From the NCBI RefSeq assembly GCF_006345805.1, contig NC_043005.1, forward strand, positions 38,874,001 through 38,938,000: a DNA stretch of 64,000 nt, given 5' to 3'. The stretch comes from Octopus sinensis. Its lineage: Eukaryota. The notes beneath the pieces were generated by a model. The model was not told where the DNA came from. It saw nothing but the letters and a program-made list of their open reading frames with translations, and made no database searches. A program made the position numbers and the translations under genes. This document shows, one piece after another, positions 13,559 to 26,964 of this stretch (the first letter of the stretch is position 1; every line of letters starts with the position of its first letter).

Positions 13559-14200
13559 TCACACCACGTTTTGGCTTTGTCTGTTATCCCAATTGAGTGT
13601 CATAACTCTTACTTTGATATTGTTCATAGCCCATGCTCTTGAAAATGCGACATATAATTGGCCGTGAGAAAATACCGGTTGAGGCAAATGTATTCCAATC
13701 TTTTCAAATGTTTGTCCTTGAGCCTTATTAATTGTCATTGAATATGCAAGTCGAATTGGAAGCTGAAGTCTGTTTAGTGTGAATGGCATATTTGCATCAC
13801 TTGGCCTATGTTTGATTCTGGGAATTAGAACTGTACGATCTCTGTTGGAGCCTGTTACCAATGATGCCTCTACACAATGTTCATGAAGTCTTTGCACTTT
13901 CATGCGAGTTCCATTACATAATCCTTGACTGATCGAAAAATGTCCTAGCAGTATTACAATAGTCCCTACTTTGAAGTTTAGGCGATGAGGAGGCATACCG
14001 GAGGGAGTGAGTTTATGAATTCAAATGGATAGTTCTGAACCTCCTCTTCATTAATGGAGGACACTGAATCTGTGCTTAAGTATGTTTTAAGTGCCTCTGC
14101 TATAATATTAAGAACTTTTTCATTTATTGCAAGACAGTTAGAATTTATAGGAGATAAAATTACTCGCTTTTCCACTTCTTATGGCATGCATGCAATGTTG
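13559..14200 (-). pseudogene. Helitron PIF1-family (SF1B) helicase C-terminal fragment
   Basis: ILSPINS..YPFEFINSL / MPPHRLNFKVG..GLCNGTR..IPRI..LPIRLAYSMTINKAQGQTFEKIGIHLPQPVFSHGQLYVAFSRA; one frameshift near 13990. Confidence 0.92.
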
Positions 14201-14724
14201 AAACTTTCTGGGTACAATTGTACAAATTGAAATGCAAAAGAACAAAATAATAAATGGATTCATGAATGAAAGTTTGGTAACTGCGTTTATCTCCACCACG
14301 TGACACTTATTATTTCAAACATGTTTTAACGAACTTATACTATACACGCACACACTCAAATACATTGAAATATATATATATATATATATTCGAGTTGTAG
14401 CTGTAATTCAAAGGGACTAGCCTTGTCATATTCTGTGTGAGGCTGAATCTCCCTGAGAACTACGTTAATGTTATGCATGTCTGTGGGGTACTCAGCCATT
14501 TCTGAGTTAATTTTATCCTCGTGTAGTAATGAAAAGGGAAATTGACAGTCAATATTTGCTGTGTCTATGTATCTATAATTTTTTCTTTGGATTTATGTAT
14601 CTACTGTCTCTCTCACTTTTTCTCTTTCACTTTCACTTACTTTGTGTCACTCTTCTCTGCCGCATTTGACTTAACAATGTGTATATGCATCTCTTGCGAT
14701 GGGATAAAGATTTAAACACACAAA

Positions 14725-15682
14725 ACTTTGACTAATATCATTTTGGGATCGATGAAATAAGTTCTGGCTGCGCAATCGATAGATGTAATCGACTAGTTAC
14801 TACTCTCCCAATTGAGGGTCTTGTAGAAAAGACTATTCTCATTAGTTTTTTTCTTCCTCCAATTTCGTTTCTATTTTTGCCATGTGTTTTCCCGACCCCT
14901 AGAACAAAGAAACTCACTGAATATATTGAATGACCATTAAAATAAACTCTCCAGATTATTATCAATAATATTAATACGCTAACGTTTTTGGTTTTGTACG
15001 TATCTGTTGTGTGCGTCACACCTCTTTGAAGTGACAATGCGAGAGAGAAGAGGACAGAGAGAAAGTAAGAGAAAAGAGAGAGAGAGAAAGTGAGAGAGTG
15101 AGAGAGAAAGAGAGAGAGTGGAAGAGACATCGAGTGGTGACGACGTTCGTTTTAAATGCTTCAGAGAAGACGTCACCACTCACTGTCGCTCTCACTTTCT
15201 CACTTTTCCTCTCACACTCTTACTCTCTTACGTTTTCTTTGAAGCATTTAAAAACACAAAATGAACGCCGTCACCACTCACTGTCTTTTTCACTCTCTCT
15301 CTTTCTCTCTCACTCTCTCACTTTCTCTCTCTTTTCTCTTACTTCCTCTCTGTCCTCCTCTCTCTCGTTTGTCACTTCAAAGAAGTGTGACGCACACAAC
15401 AGGTACGTACAAAACCAAAAAAGTTAGCGCATTAATATCATTGATAATAATCTGGTGAGTTTATTTTAATGGTCTATCAATGTATTCGGTGAGTTTCTTT
15501 GTCCAAGGTGTCGGGAAAACACTTGGCAAAAAATAGAAACGAAATTGGAGGAAGAAGAAAAATAATGATAATAAACTTTTCTACAAGACCTACATTTAGT
15601 AGAGTAGGAGCTAGTCGATTACATCTATCGATTGCGCAGCTAGAACTTATTTCATCTATCTCAAAATGATAACAGTCAAAGT
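14725..15682. repeat. Long imperfect inverted repeat (arms ~14725-15173 and ~15230-15682)
   Basis: Arms align as reverse complements along their length, e.g. gcgcaatcgatagatgtaatcgactag / ctagtcgattacatctatcgattgcgc. Confidence 0.9.
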
Positions 15683-15776
15683 CGACCTCGACAGAATTCG
15701 AACATTAGAATGAAAGGTAAGGAGAAATGCCGCAAAGTATTTTGTCCTGCTTTCTAATGAATCAACCAGCTCTCCC
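15590..15776 (-). mobile_element. SINE family B (degenerate)
   Basis: Reverse complement reads gggagagctgg..tgcggcatttc..ttcgaattctgtcgaggtcgactttg. Confidence 0.7.
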
Positions 15777-15824
15777 GTAAATATATATATATATATGTGC
15801 GTGTGTGTTTCTTTGTGTTTCTTT

Positions 15825-15890
<66 letters not shown>

Positions 15891-16205
15891 GTGTGTGTGT
15901 GCGTGTGCATATCAATTTAATTTGGATATTACCTTTGTATCTTGTTTTAGAAAGCCCATCTACGGTTATTGGATATAGGACAATTTTGCAACGAAAAGTG
16001 ATCGCATTATTGATGATACGTGTAAATCATGAATATATGTCTCCTTATGTGTGTCCATGTGTACTGTATAATCTTTTAAGTAAATGGTAATTTTTAATTT
16101 TAACTTCGTATATGATATTGATTATCGAATTAATATTATGTGTGTGTATCTGTATATATATATATACATATGTCTACACATAGACATACATACACACACA
16201 CAGAC

Positions 16206-16347
<142 letters not shown>

Positions 16348-16574
16348 ATATAAGTACATAGAATTTAGAGGAATGGAAAGTGATTTCTCGTTTCTTAATC
16401 ATTCTACTTAATTCTAATTTACTAGGTTTATTAATTGACTTATTTTTCCAATAAATCATTTCCAGATGGAAGACATCTATAAATTAACACTGAATAAAGA
16501 TAGCATTATCAGACTAAACACTCGTGGTTTGACTTCCTAAGGACTTCCGTAGGTGAGATACTAGTCTGTTGGTT

Positions 16575-16760
16575 CCAATATTTTGGCACAAAGGTAACAA
16601 TTTCAGATGTGGCGAGTTTGTTACACCAACTCCAGTGCTTGACTGGTATTTATTTTATTGATCCTGAAAGGATGAGAAGCAAAGTAGACGCCAGTGGCAT
16701 TTAACCTCAGAACATTAAAGACAAACGTAATGAGGCTAAGCATTTTGCCCGGCGTGCTAA
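16575..16760 (-). mobile_element. SINE family B (degenerate)
   Basis: gatcctgaaaggatgagaagcaaagtagac..cattttgcccggcgtgctaac. Confidence 0.7.
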
Positions 16761-16772
16761 CTATACTCTTTT

Positions 16773-17174
16773 ACTCTTTTACTTGTTTCAGTCATTTGAC
16801 TGCGGCCATGCTGGAGCACCGCCTTTAGTCGAGCAAATCGACCCCGGGACTTATTCTTTGTAAGCCCAGTACTTATTCTATCGGTCTCTTTTTGCCGAAC
16901 CGCTAAGTGACGGGGACGTAAACACACCAGCATCGGTTGTCAAGCAATGCTAGGGGGACAAACACAGACACACAAACACACACACACATATATATACCTA
17001 TACATATATACGACAGGCTTCTTTCAGTTTCCGTCTACCAAATCCACTCACAAGGCATTGGTCGGCCCGGGGCTATAGCAGAAGACACTTGCCCAAGATT
17101 CCACGCAGTGGGACTGAACCCGGAACCATGTGGTTGGTTAGCAAGCTACTTACCACACAGCCACTCCTGCGCCT
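16773..17174 (-). mobile_element. SINE family A (full length, young)
   Basis: Near-identical reverse complement of 2903-3292. Confidence 0.9.
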
Positions 17175-17329
17175 ATATTAAGATTTTATTGTGCTTAAGA
17201 TTCTGTATGTATCAATAGAATAGAACGACCCTAGACTTCCTTTTGCATTTTCTCTATCGTAGGTAAAAAAGCATGCTCGTTTCTGACCGAAATCTCACTA
17301 CAATGAAACTATCAATTAAGCTATATTCA

Positions 17330-17815
17330 TAGTTCTAGCATATTTTATGCCCACAGAAAACAAGCAAACAAACCCGATTGAAAACAATACCTTCGCCTTC
17401 GCTAAGGCTGAAATAATAATAATAATGATAAGAATACTCAGAGAGCACAAACCTCCACCAAGGCAACACGAGCGTCGTCTCAATGATCAGCCAGTCACGA
17501 CTTTTAAAATGAGAATATCTGAAATAAACTCGACTGCACTCACAAACGCGAATACTAAAAGTGAATCCGACCGCTCTCAAAATTTAAATATAAAACCGGA
17601 AAAATAATCCAGAATCCTTGTTCAGTATCGGATCGATCCAAAAATCTAATCAGTTTGTGCTAGTAACGACGCGAAACATCTCTGAAAGTTTCATCCGAAT
17701 CCATTGAGCGGTTCTTGAGATATCTTGTCCAAAGACTAACAAACAACCAAACAAACAAACAAACACGACTGAAAAACAATACCTCCGCCTTCGGTAAGGC
17801 GGAGGTAATAAATAA
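17330..17815 (+). mobile_element. Helentron/HINE-like non-autonomous rolling-circle element(s) with 3' hairpin
   Basis: atccagaatcc..ggatcgatccaaaaatctaatcag..gagatatcttg..(AAAC)n..gaaaaacaat followed by hairpin acctccgccttcggtaaggcggaggt. A second decayed hairpin end lies at about 17380-17412. Confidence 0.6.
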
Positions 17816-18332
17816 ATCATTCATCGTATTGCTGTAATAATTACTACAGTATTATAGTGGATATTTTTTGTCATCACTAATCATTATTTCCTTTTACCAT
17901 CTTCATTTAATCGATTATTTTAAAGTTTATTTATACTACAAGAGAACATATTAATAAAGCATAAGAGTGTAACAAAAGTATTTGTAACATCTTTTACATT
18001 CTAAGTATTACGTAGGGAAATACAATAACAACTTTGATCCTATTTCAATATAACTAAATGGAGACAAAGTACGCAGTAGTGCCAAAGGATATCTTCTGTT
18101 TTGAGATATAGAAGTAGAATGAAAAATGCGCGTTGGCAAAATATAGATCAGTCACGTGATGGGCGGAAGAGTGTTTTTCCTTTCATTTTATTTGCTTTTC
18201 TTGTTTTATGAAGTGAATTGTTTGATTTTACAGTGATAAGAAACGTTTGGCTCATCATTCCTAACTCAATACATCCAGGTCTGCGCGCACACATGATATG
18301 TGTGTGTGTGTGTCCGTGTGTGTGTGTGTGTA

Positions 18333-18364
<32 letters not shown>

Positions 18365-18409
18365 TGTGTGTGTGTGTGTGTGTAGTGTGTGTGTGAGTGT
18401 GTATATTCT

Positions 18410-18600
18410 TTTATTTTTCAACTTGTGTTGATTTTACTGTGGCCATGCTGGGAAAGCCTTAAAGGCTCTTAATTGAAGAAATCGGCCACAGGACTTATTC
18501 CTTGTAAGTCTGTCGGTCGCTTTTGCCGAACCGCTAGCTTATTGAGACATAAACACACTAGCGTCGGTTGCCAATCGATGGTGGAGGGGGGAACACACAC
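18410..18600 (-). mobile_element. SINE family A, degenerate 3' half
   Basis: gtggccatgctgg..ttttgccgaaccgctag..aaacacactagcgtcggttg. Confidence 0.65.
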
Positions 18601-18641
18601 ATGCACTCGCGCACTCACAACCACACACCCACAAATATATA

Positions 18642-18687
<46 letters not shown>

Positions 18688-18718
18688 CTTCGTTATAAGA
18701 TCATATATATATATATAT

Positions 18719-19629
18719 ATAGTGTAATAAATAAAATATATGCATACATACAAACATATATGTACGTACCGACATCTACATGTATATATACATGCATATA
18801 TAAATATATATACGTACAGGACACCACAAGAAGACGTAAAAATCAACAGAAACGAAAACGGAAAAGCCATTTTGTTACAACAGAAGGACAGAGACGTGGA
18901 ACAAGACGAAACGAAAACGGGAAAAACAGTTATGTACAGCAGAAAAACGAAGTACAGGACATGCTGCACAAGGAAAAATCCCCTTCATCAGCTGTCGCTA
19001 GCAGACATAGCGTATTTCGAAGGCAAGACAGGACACGTCTGTGCATGCTAGGCCTTCCTACGAGAGAATTAAAATAAAATAACCTCGTAGAGGGGTAAAA
19101 CGAGCAAGAAAACAATGTAACACAAAGAACTGCCCAAAAAAAATACAAGAAAAAAATACAAAATTAAAGATACATGTACAAGAAAATACAAAACGAGAAT
19201 TAAATTACAATACGAGAAATCAAAATAAACAAGAGAACAAACGAAAAAGACGAACGAAGGCCTTTGTTCTGGCGGGGACGAGAAGGTAACTGGCGAGGCT
19301 GGGAAACATGACCTTACGGCCTGAAGGCAACAGGCGAAAGAATTATCAGTGACGAAAGTGGGGAGGAGTGGGAGAGAGAGACAGAGACAGAAAGAGGAAG
19401 ACACGTGGCTAGAGAGAAGGGTGAGGCAGAGAGAGAAAAGGAGGGAGAAAGAGAGAGGGGAAGGCAAAGCAAGGGGAGAGAATTTCGCATCATTATAGTA
19501 AACTGTAAAACAAACTGGGATGAAAGAGACGGAACGAAGTGAGAATTCGAAAAATCGAAAATTCAAACGAACCCGACGCGAAGCGCTGTCAGACAATAGT
19601 GTAATAAATAAAATATATGCATACATACA
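18719..19629 (-). mobile_element. Terminally redundant ~880-bp unit (34-bp direct repeats), possibly Penelope-like non-autonomous
   Basis: atagtgtaataaataaaatatatgcatacataca at both 18719-18752 and 19596-19629. A decayed CUGAUGA/GAAA motif lies on the minus strand at 18980-19023. Confidence 0.5.
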
Positions 19630-20524
19630 CGCACACTAGCGATGCATTCTGGCGTTGCCTATATTGTATTACATATATTGTATTATTTGTTCCTTTCTTA
19701 TGGGCAGAATCAGCACAAGTGATATATAGTGAACTGGATTACTGGCGTAATGAAAGTAATTGTTTGTTTGAAATGAATTGGTGGGGGGATACAGTTTGCA
19801 TGGGTTTGCAAGAAACTACCTTCTGTTCTTAAGAATGATCACAAACTATGTATTGTTTTATCATATAGAAAGGGGTTAATATGATTTTCACAGAAATCAC
19901 GTTTTCAAAATATTAGTTCCACCCCCGTTCCCACCACAATTTCTCAATTTGTAGAAATACATATTTTGTTAAAGTTTAATTTTTCTTAAAGAAATACTAA
20001 TGCTCCTTCCCCCGCCTCGTCCACCCATGATCTACCCGCTTTCAGAATGCTAAAACACCTGATATTTCAGGCATGCGTAGAATTGTACTCAAATAGCAAA
20101 CGTGAAAAATAGTAGAGCACCACCGGAAAACGTAATATGCTAGAAACAACAGGTAAACGACATTATTTCTGAAGAAATTCCCTGCTTTCCAAAGAGCTAA
20201 AAGTGACACATTTTGAGTTTATAGCATTTTGAATGTGGTGAGGTGATAGGCGGGTGTTTAAGAAAAGATAAAGAAACTTCTTTAAGATTCGAAAAAAAAT
20301 CGAAAAGGTAAAAGAATGAAGAAATTGGGACGGGGAGGAAGGAAATTAAGATATTGAGAACGTGCTTTTTAGGCGATATCTTAGAGAGGGAGATATATAT
20401 GATACATATACGTATTTATATATGTATATGTATGCACGCACACACGCACATATACATACATGCATACATACATACATACATACATACATACATACATACA
20501 TACATAATACATACATACATATAC

Positions 20525-20599
<75 letters not shown>

Positions 20600-21364
20600 G
20601 CCCGTATACCTTATGTAGGGATAATGTTGTAAGCTCTGTAATATATTGCTATATCCAGTTAAATTAATTTAATATGTAACCGAATGTTTGCGAGTATTCT
20701 GAATGAACTGAAATGTTATGCTATGTTAATATTCTATCATTTCTTATTATACATTAATAGTAACTTCTACATTTCGACATATACAGAAAATTATAATACA
20801 TTATCTGAATAAATTCAAAGCTATGCGTATTCCTTTTTGCATGCGTATATAAACAGTTTTGAATTTTCAACAGGTTTTGTTAATCTTATTTCCTGCAATG
20901 CATTAATAGACCATATATATATGTTGGTTGGTTGGTTGCTCGGTCGTTTGTTTGGCTGGCTGTTTGGCTTGGCTAATTGGTCGATTTTCTTCACATTACG
21001 CTTTACATCGAACATATTGGATGAGAAGAGTAATGAGAGATAAGGAGCGCGCTGAATTAATGCAAAGACTAGATTTGAGGCAGGCAATGAGTAAAGGATC
21101 GCTATTTTACACTGAGAGGGGAAAGAAACTTAGAAAAAGAGAAGACAAGAGTAAATCACAAACTAATTATGGGAGGAGCTATACTAATGAGAATTTTGTT
21201 TTAATTAATTTTAAGGTAATAAATATTTTTCTTTTGAAAATTTGCTTTCATTTCACCATTTCACTAAGAAATTTGATAAAAATTAAACTGTAATCATTGT
21301 GTATATGCCATATTTCTTCATACACGCATCGTGGCTCTTTAGATAGTTGCGTTTACGGCAGTTA

Positions 21365-21530
21365 AATGCGCAGGCTTAACTGTGTGATTAAGAAGTTCGC
21401 TTTGCAAACACGTGGTTTCAGATTCAGCGACACTGCACGGCAACTTCTGTAAGGATCATCAACTATAGTTTCGGACCGACTAATGCCTTGTGAGTGAATT
21501 TGGTTGAAAGAAACTGTGTGGAAAGCCGAT
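21365..21530 (+). mobile_element. SINE family A, 5' half (degenerate)
   Basis: gcgcaggc..tgtgtgattaagaagt..gccttgtgagtgaatttggttga. Confidence 0.6.
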
Positions 21531-21752
21531 GTAGATATACATACATTATACCTCTATATATACATATATATGTATGTATATAATTAAGGGTTTAGCAAAA
21601 CGTTGCTTCACCACATATCGAAAATTTAGAAATAGCAGTCAAGACCGACTAATTCTTTTAACTACAAATATAACTCCACAGACAGCAATACTCGTAACTC
21701 ACATAGGCAAAAAGAAGAAAAAATAACGAAAACAACCAGTCATTCGATTAAG

Positions 21753-21806
21753 CATGTACGCGTTTCAGGATTAGAATTGTAAAATTCATTTCCACTCATC
21801 AGCATG
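21753..21806 (-). ncRNA. Type-I hammerhead ribozyme motif, slightly degenerate
   Basis: Minus strand: catg CTGATGA gtgga..gaatt ttac aattc..tcct GAAACGCGTA catg. The core is intact, stem I has 4 bp, and the base of stem II is imperfect. Confidence 0.6.
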
Positions 21807-22147
21807 ATATTTCAAGATTATAATTTGTAAATGCTAAACCTACACTTTGCATCTTCGATCAAGCGACATCGACATATAACATAAGATAACCAGCATTTCC
21901 GAATATATATAGACGAGTAATTTCGCATCCTTCCATTCAGATTTATCATGTGTTTCACAAGATAGTACCTCAGAAAAAAACTGCAGTTTGCTATGAGGGA
22001 GTGAAAATTATCATTATAGATATAGGATAAAAAATTATTAATTTAATAATCAACAAATTTTACCAAGTAAATTCGGTATGGAAAAAAACCCACTATCGGT
22101 AAAAACTTATATAAAAAGTTATTTTATAATTATAAATATAAATATAA

Positions 22148-22182
<35 letters not shown>

Positions 22183-22229
22183 TGTATGTATGTATGTATG
22201 TATGTATGTATGTATGAGCGCACGCGCAT

Positions 22230-22350
22230 GCCTGTGTGCACCTTTGATGTTGTGTTTGTCCCTCACCGCTTCACAACCTGTGTTGGTTTGTTTACGTCAA
22301 GGTGGTGTTCTAGCATGGCCGCACTTCACTGACTGAATCAAGTAAAAACA
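22230..22350 (+). mobile_element. SINE family A, 3' fragment
   Basis: tttgtccctcaccgcttcacaacc..ggtggtgttctagcatggccgca..gactgaatcaagtaaaa. Confidence 0.55.
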
Positions 22351-25300
22351 ATTAAGGATAAGTTATAGAGATAAAAGATTATCCACGGTGGCTAATATAT
22401 ATTTCCAAATTTATCCGTCATATGAAAGGTAACACTCTAGTTTTTATTATAATCTATATCATTAATTTCTAATAAATCTCATTATTAGTTCTCTTATAAT
22501 TACTCCAAACTCTTAACCGTTAAAACATTTCTACATTATATGTCAATAACCACTAAATGATATCACATTAATGAACCAAACTTGTTTATTAATATCGATC
22601 ACATAAATATTTAAACTATTTTAACCAATAATGACATCAATAGATTGAAATGGAAATACATAATAGCTGTAAACAAAAAATTACCTCATCTTTTATATAT
22701 CCAATGTTAATTAATAGCAATTAACTGTCATCATTAAAAATAAATAGTAATGTTTGATTGATCTTGATTCTCAACGTATACATGCAGTTACATGGAAATA
22801 TACATATGACCTATTGAAAATACTATGATGTATCGGATCTAAAACAGTTTCTAACCTCACTTATGTATCTATCAAATTTTATATACTTTCAAAGTCTACA
22901 ACTATTTTATTTATGGTTACGTCATTTCTTAATTTGCATGTGTATAGACTGATATATCAAATGCACATTGTATTCGTATAAAAGCATTATTGTAATAACT
23001 GCAATCACAGTAAAAATAATGCACGTTTTATTTCGTAGATTTGATTATACAATTTGTGGAGATATTTCATCCTTGTTTACATATTCTCATCATAAATATT
23101 TAATATCATTCAGAAAGTATTCTCTTAAAATCGTTTTCTTTTATTCTTTACAAGTCTTAGTATATTTTTTTGTTTATTTGCTTTCTGGATTATATCACTG
23201 TCTTGTATCATTTTTTCTTTCATTTGTACAATTAGATCTCTTAACATTAATTCAAATATTCTTAATTCAAATAATTTTAGTAATTATTTTTTTTTAATTA
23301 TTTACTGTCACTTCGCTATTATATTTCCCTTTGTTTAAACATTGTGTATGTAAAAAGCTAACCCCTTTATGTCTCCTCCACATTGGTTGTGCTTTATAAT
23401 ATCTTATAATGATCTATGTATTTAAATGCAAAAATATATTTTTTGTACTATTTTTAAACTGTTATTTTATATTGTTGTTTGTCCACTTAAGTTTCATACT
23501 GGTGATAATTTCTTTCACTAAATACTTAAATGATAAAAAACACGATAGAAATCTAATATTTTGGCGAGTAACCACCCCTGTGATATAAATATATGCTAAT
23601 CCAAAATCCTGATTGTCTTCATCTTCTTCGCAAGTACTCTAAATTTGGAACCATAAAGCAGAAATCATTTTATATAATTTTTCTTTTGGATGGTACTGTA
23701 TGTATACATTTAGATTTAGTACTTTTTAAGATTGTTTGCTTATTCCAAAACCTCCATGTGACATTTTTATTTTCAGAAATTTCGGTAATTTCTGTGTAAT
23801 GACAAACTGGACAAGCTAACAGCGGTGGAAAGACGTGAAAAGCGAAATCCTCAGAATTTAGATTTTGTGATCAGGTACGTATGCGTAAGAATACGTATTG
23901 AGTGATAGGCGAAATGAGCCTATTTTTTATATTCATCTATTTTTTATACTCATCTATTTTTTATATTCATTTTCAATGGAGATGACTCTGAGATGTGTAA
24001 CTACAATAAATAACAAAGGAAATATATGTATATAAAACCAAATTAGTGCTGTTCTTTAAAAAGCAATAATTATAACAGAGTGTGAGCTAAATGATTAGAC
24101 ACTAAAAGTAATATGTACGGGATGTAATTAGTAAGAGATAGGAAATGTGAAGGCGAAGTCAAATTGTTATTGAGAATACAAGGTATTCATTTCGGAAAGT
24201 AAGTGGAAAATATATTAACCTCATTAGATATTAATAAGGAAGCCAGAATTAGGTTATGAAAAATTGTATATGGTCGTCTAATATATGAATTTCAAAAGGG
24301 AAATTAATCAAAGTATTATCAGATAGATTAAAAGTCTTTCAGATGTGGGTAGTGGGACGATATTTAGAATATCCTGCACAAATCACATTGAGAAATATTA
24401 ACGACAAATTAAGACAATTTTATTAGATATAGTGAAAGAGAAATAAACTAAAATAGTTTTGACTCATAATTAGAAAATATCAGGCAAGATGAACAGCAAG
24501 AGAGGAAATGAAACGAAGAATTACATGGATGTACATTATGATGAATTGAATAAATATGAAATATAATGGAATGTATAAGTCCAGCACAAGACGTATTCTA
24601 ATTACTATACTTATTAGAGGAACTGACGATGATGTAGTGTCTATGAAGACACTTATTTAGTTATCACCGTTACATCTACAGGATGTGTTGATCTACTGAA
24701 AGAAAGCACCACCATGATTCTTTTCGAAAATAACTATGTCCACCCTGAATATTTTAAAAGATACCATCTACTTGCAGATTCACAGTACGAAACTATAACA
24801 TGTTTATTTCGAGGACTGAAAGAGCTGGTTGACAATAATATGAAAACCTACAAGTTAACGGCTTTAATGATGTGACTTATCAAGATTGATGTTTAATACT
24901 GAAAGATTGATGTTTAATACGATGCATGTGAATATGAAATTGTTCTGAAATCAGATTTGAGATTTTTATTCGAATATTGCATCTTTTTCTTTTTTTGTCA
25001 ATTGCGAGCTAAATTAGGATTATTCCAATATCGCAATTGTCTTTAGAATTAAACACTTAGAAACATGTTACAAATGATTTACAAATGTTCTGCCTCTGTA
25101 GACTACTGCTAGCATGTCTGTACATTATGTAACAGAAATGGTTTAAATCATCCACAGTCATTGCCGACAACAACCTTCATTGGTGAGCACAAGAAAACAG
25201 TTGAAAAGAAATACTGAAACAAAATCGAGGCCTTGCTTTTAACAACTTAAATAGATGCCACACGGACTACTAATCAATATGAAATAGTTTTTATGTTTAC

Positions 25301-26479
25301 AGTCTGTGAGAAAGCTTCTGGGAAAACTTACTTCAAGCAAATATTTATTATCTGGAATAGGTTTTGGGCCAATCAGTTCTCAATATTGCATCCACAGGAA
25401 GGATTGCTCTGCAATAGAAGTTTTGCACATGATGCAACTTTGTACATTCTAATTTCCATTGGCATTCTTATTTCTGTTTGCAGTAATTAAATCAACAACT
25501 AACAGCCAAAAAAAAAAAAGAATTAGTATAAAATATGCCACAGTTTTGAAATGTGAACGAAGCTAACGCTTTCTGAGATTTTGGTCTTTTCCAAAATGAA
25601 TTATGCTTTAGTAATCATTCTCAGTAATTTTCAACCAACATTTCTATTTTTAAAGATACTGACAGATCTACTACCACCACCATATTTAGGGTCAATTCTT
25701 TATTTCAGAAAAGTATGACGAAAAGCAAATTTACTCTAAATATCTGAATAGAGAATGAAGAAGTGTATTTTATTGAACAGCTAGCTATTTGCTTATAGGA
25801 ATTTCATAACTGTCTATCTAGTGATTTATCTATAGCTCTGTCTCTCTAACCGTTACTCTATCTCTTTTCCCCGGAATATTTCTATTGCTTTATTTCTCAA
25901 TCAACTTCGATACTAAATTAATAGCATGACATGATGATTTTCCTAATATAAAATCAAACTAACGATTCCTTCTGTTTGCTACTGCAGGCCGTTCTTTTCG
26001 CCTTTCATTAAAACTTATCAATTATGTTATACCATTTCGGAATGATGGGAATATGACGCGTATAAAATGATCAGAATGCATAAGTGTTCAACAGAACTCA
26101 ACGCATACGAAACACCAACATATAATTCCCAATAAGCATACACATTACACGCACATATATATACACACACAGTCAAAATGTATTTCCGTGTTTATCAATC
26201 TAGGCATTTATTTAATGTGATTAGACAATGACTAATGAGTGGACTAATTACCTTTTCTTGTAGCCGATCACCATAACAGCCATGAATCTTTAATTCTGTT
26301 ATGATTCTTGAATTCTTCATTCTAATTATTTAATCAGACAGATTGAAGTTATGTATTTTCGTCTTTTCAGCCTTGTCTCCCTCTTTGTCTCAAAATCGTT
26401 TAACTTGATTTATTTGACCCCATCATGGACACTCAAGCAAAAGGAATGCACACACATCCTTGCACATACATAAAAACAC

Positions 26480-26890
26480 ACATTTTTTTCAATTCAATTT
26501 TTATTGGCTCAAAAAGCAAAAGCAAGGCTATGTAGGGGGACAGGGAATTATGTACAGGGAGGGTGGTCATACAAAGAGTTCAGGCCATTTCTGGTCAAGA
26601 GAGACTTTGAACCGAGCGGTCGTCGGCATCTTCACTATCTTGTCCGGCTGCTTATTCCACGGATCCGTAACCCGGACGGAGAAAGCCTCTCTCCTACGAT
26701 TGAGATAAAATCGTCGTAGACAGTGCTTTTCGGAGTGACCCCGCAGCCCACGCTCTGGAGCAGGAGTGAAGAACAGCTTCGAGAGGTTACAGTTTCGAGA
26801 GGTTACACTTTCCGCTTATGATGTTGTGAGCGAGAATGAGATCACTACGGCGTCGTCGTTTTTCGAGAGAATAAAGGTCGAGCGTCTTCA
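26480..26890 (-). mobile_element. CR1-like LINE 3' end
   Basis: Minus strand reads RGHS..RRFYLNRRREAFSVRVTDPWNKQPDKIVKMPTTARFKVSLDQKWPELFV* (CR1 C-terminal RGH..FSxRVxxxWNxLP..FKxxLD motif), followed by aataaa. Confidence 0.8.
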
Positions 26891-26964
26891 GCCTTTCACA
26901 TATATAATAAACCAAACATAGACACACACAAACACACACGAGCATACATAAATAAGTAATAAAT

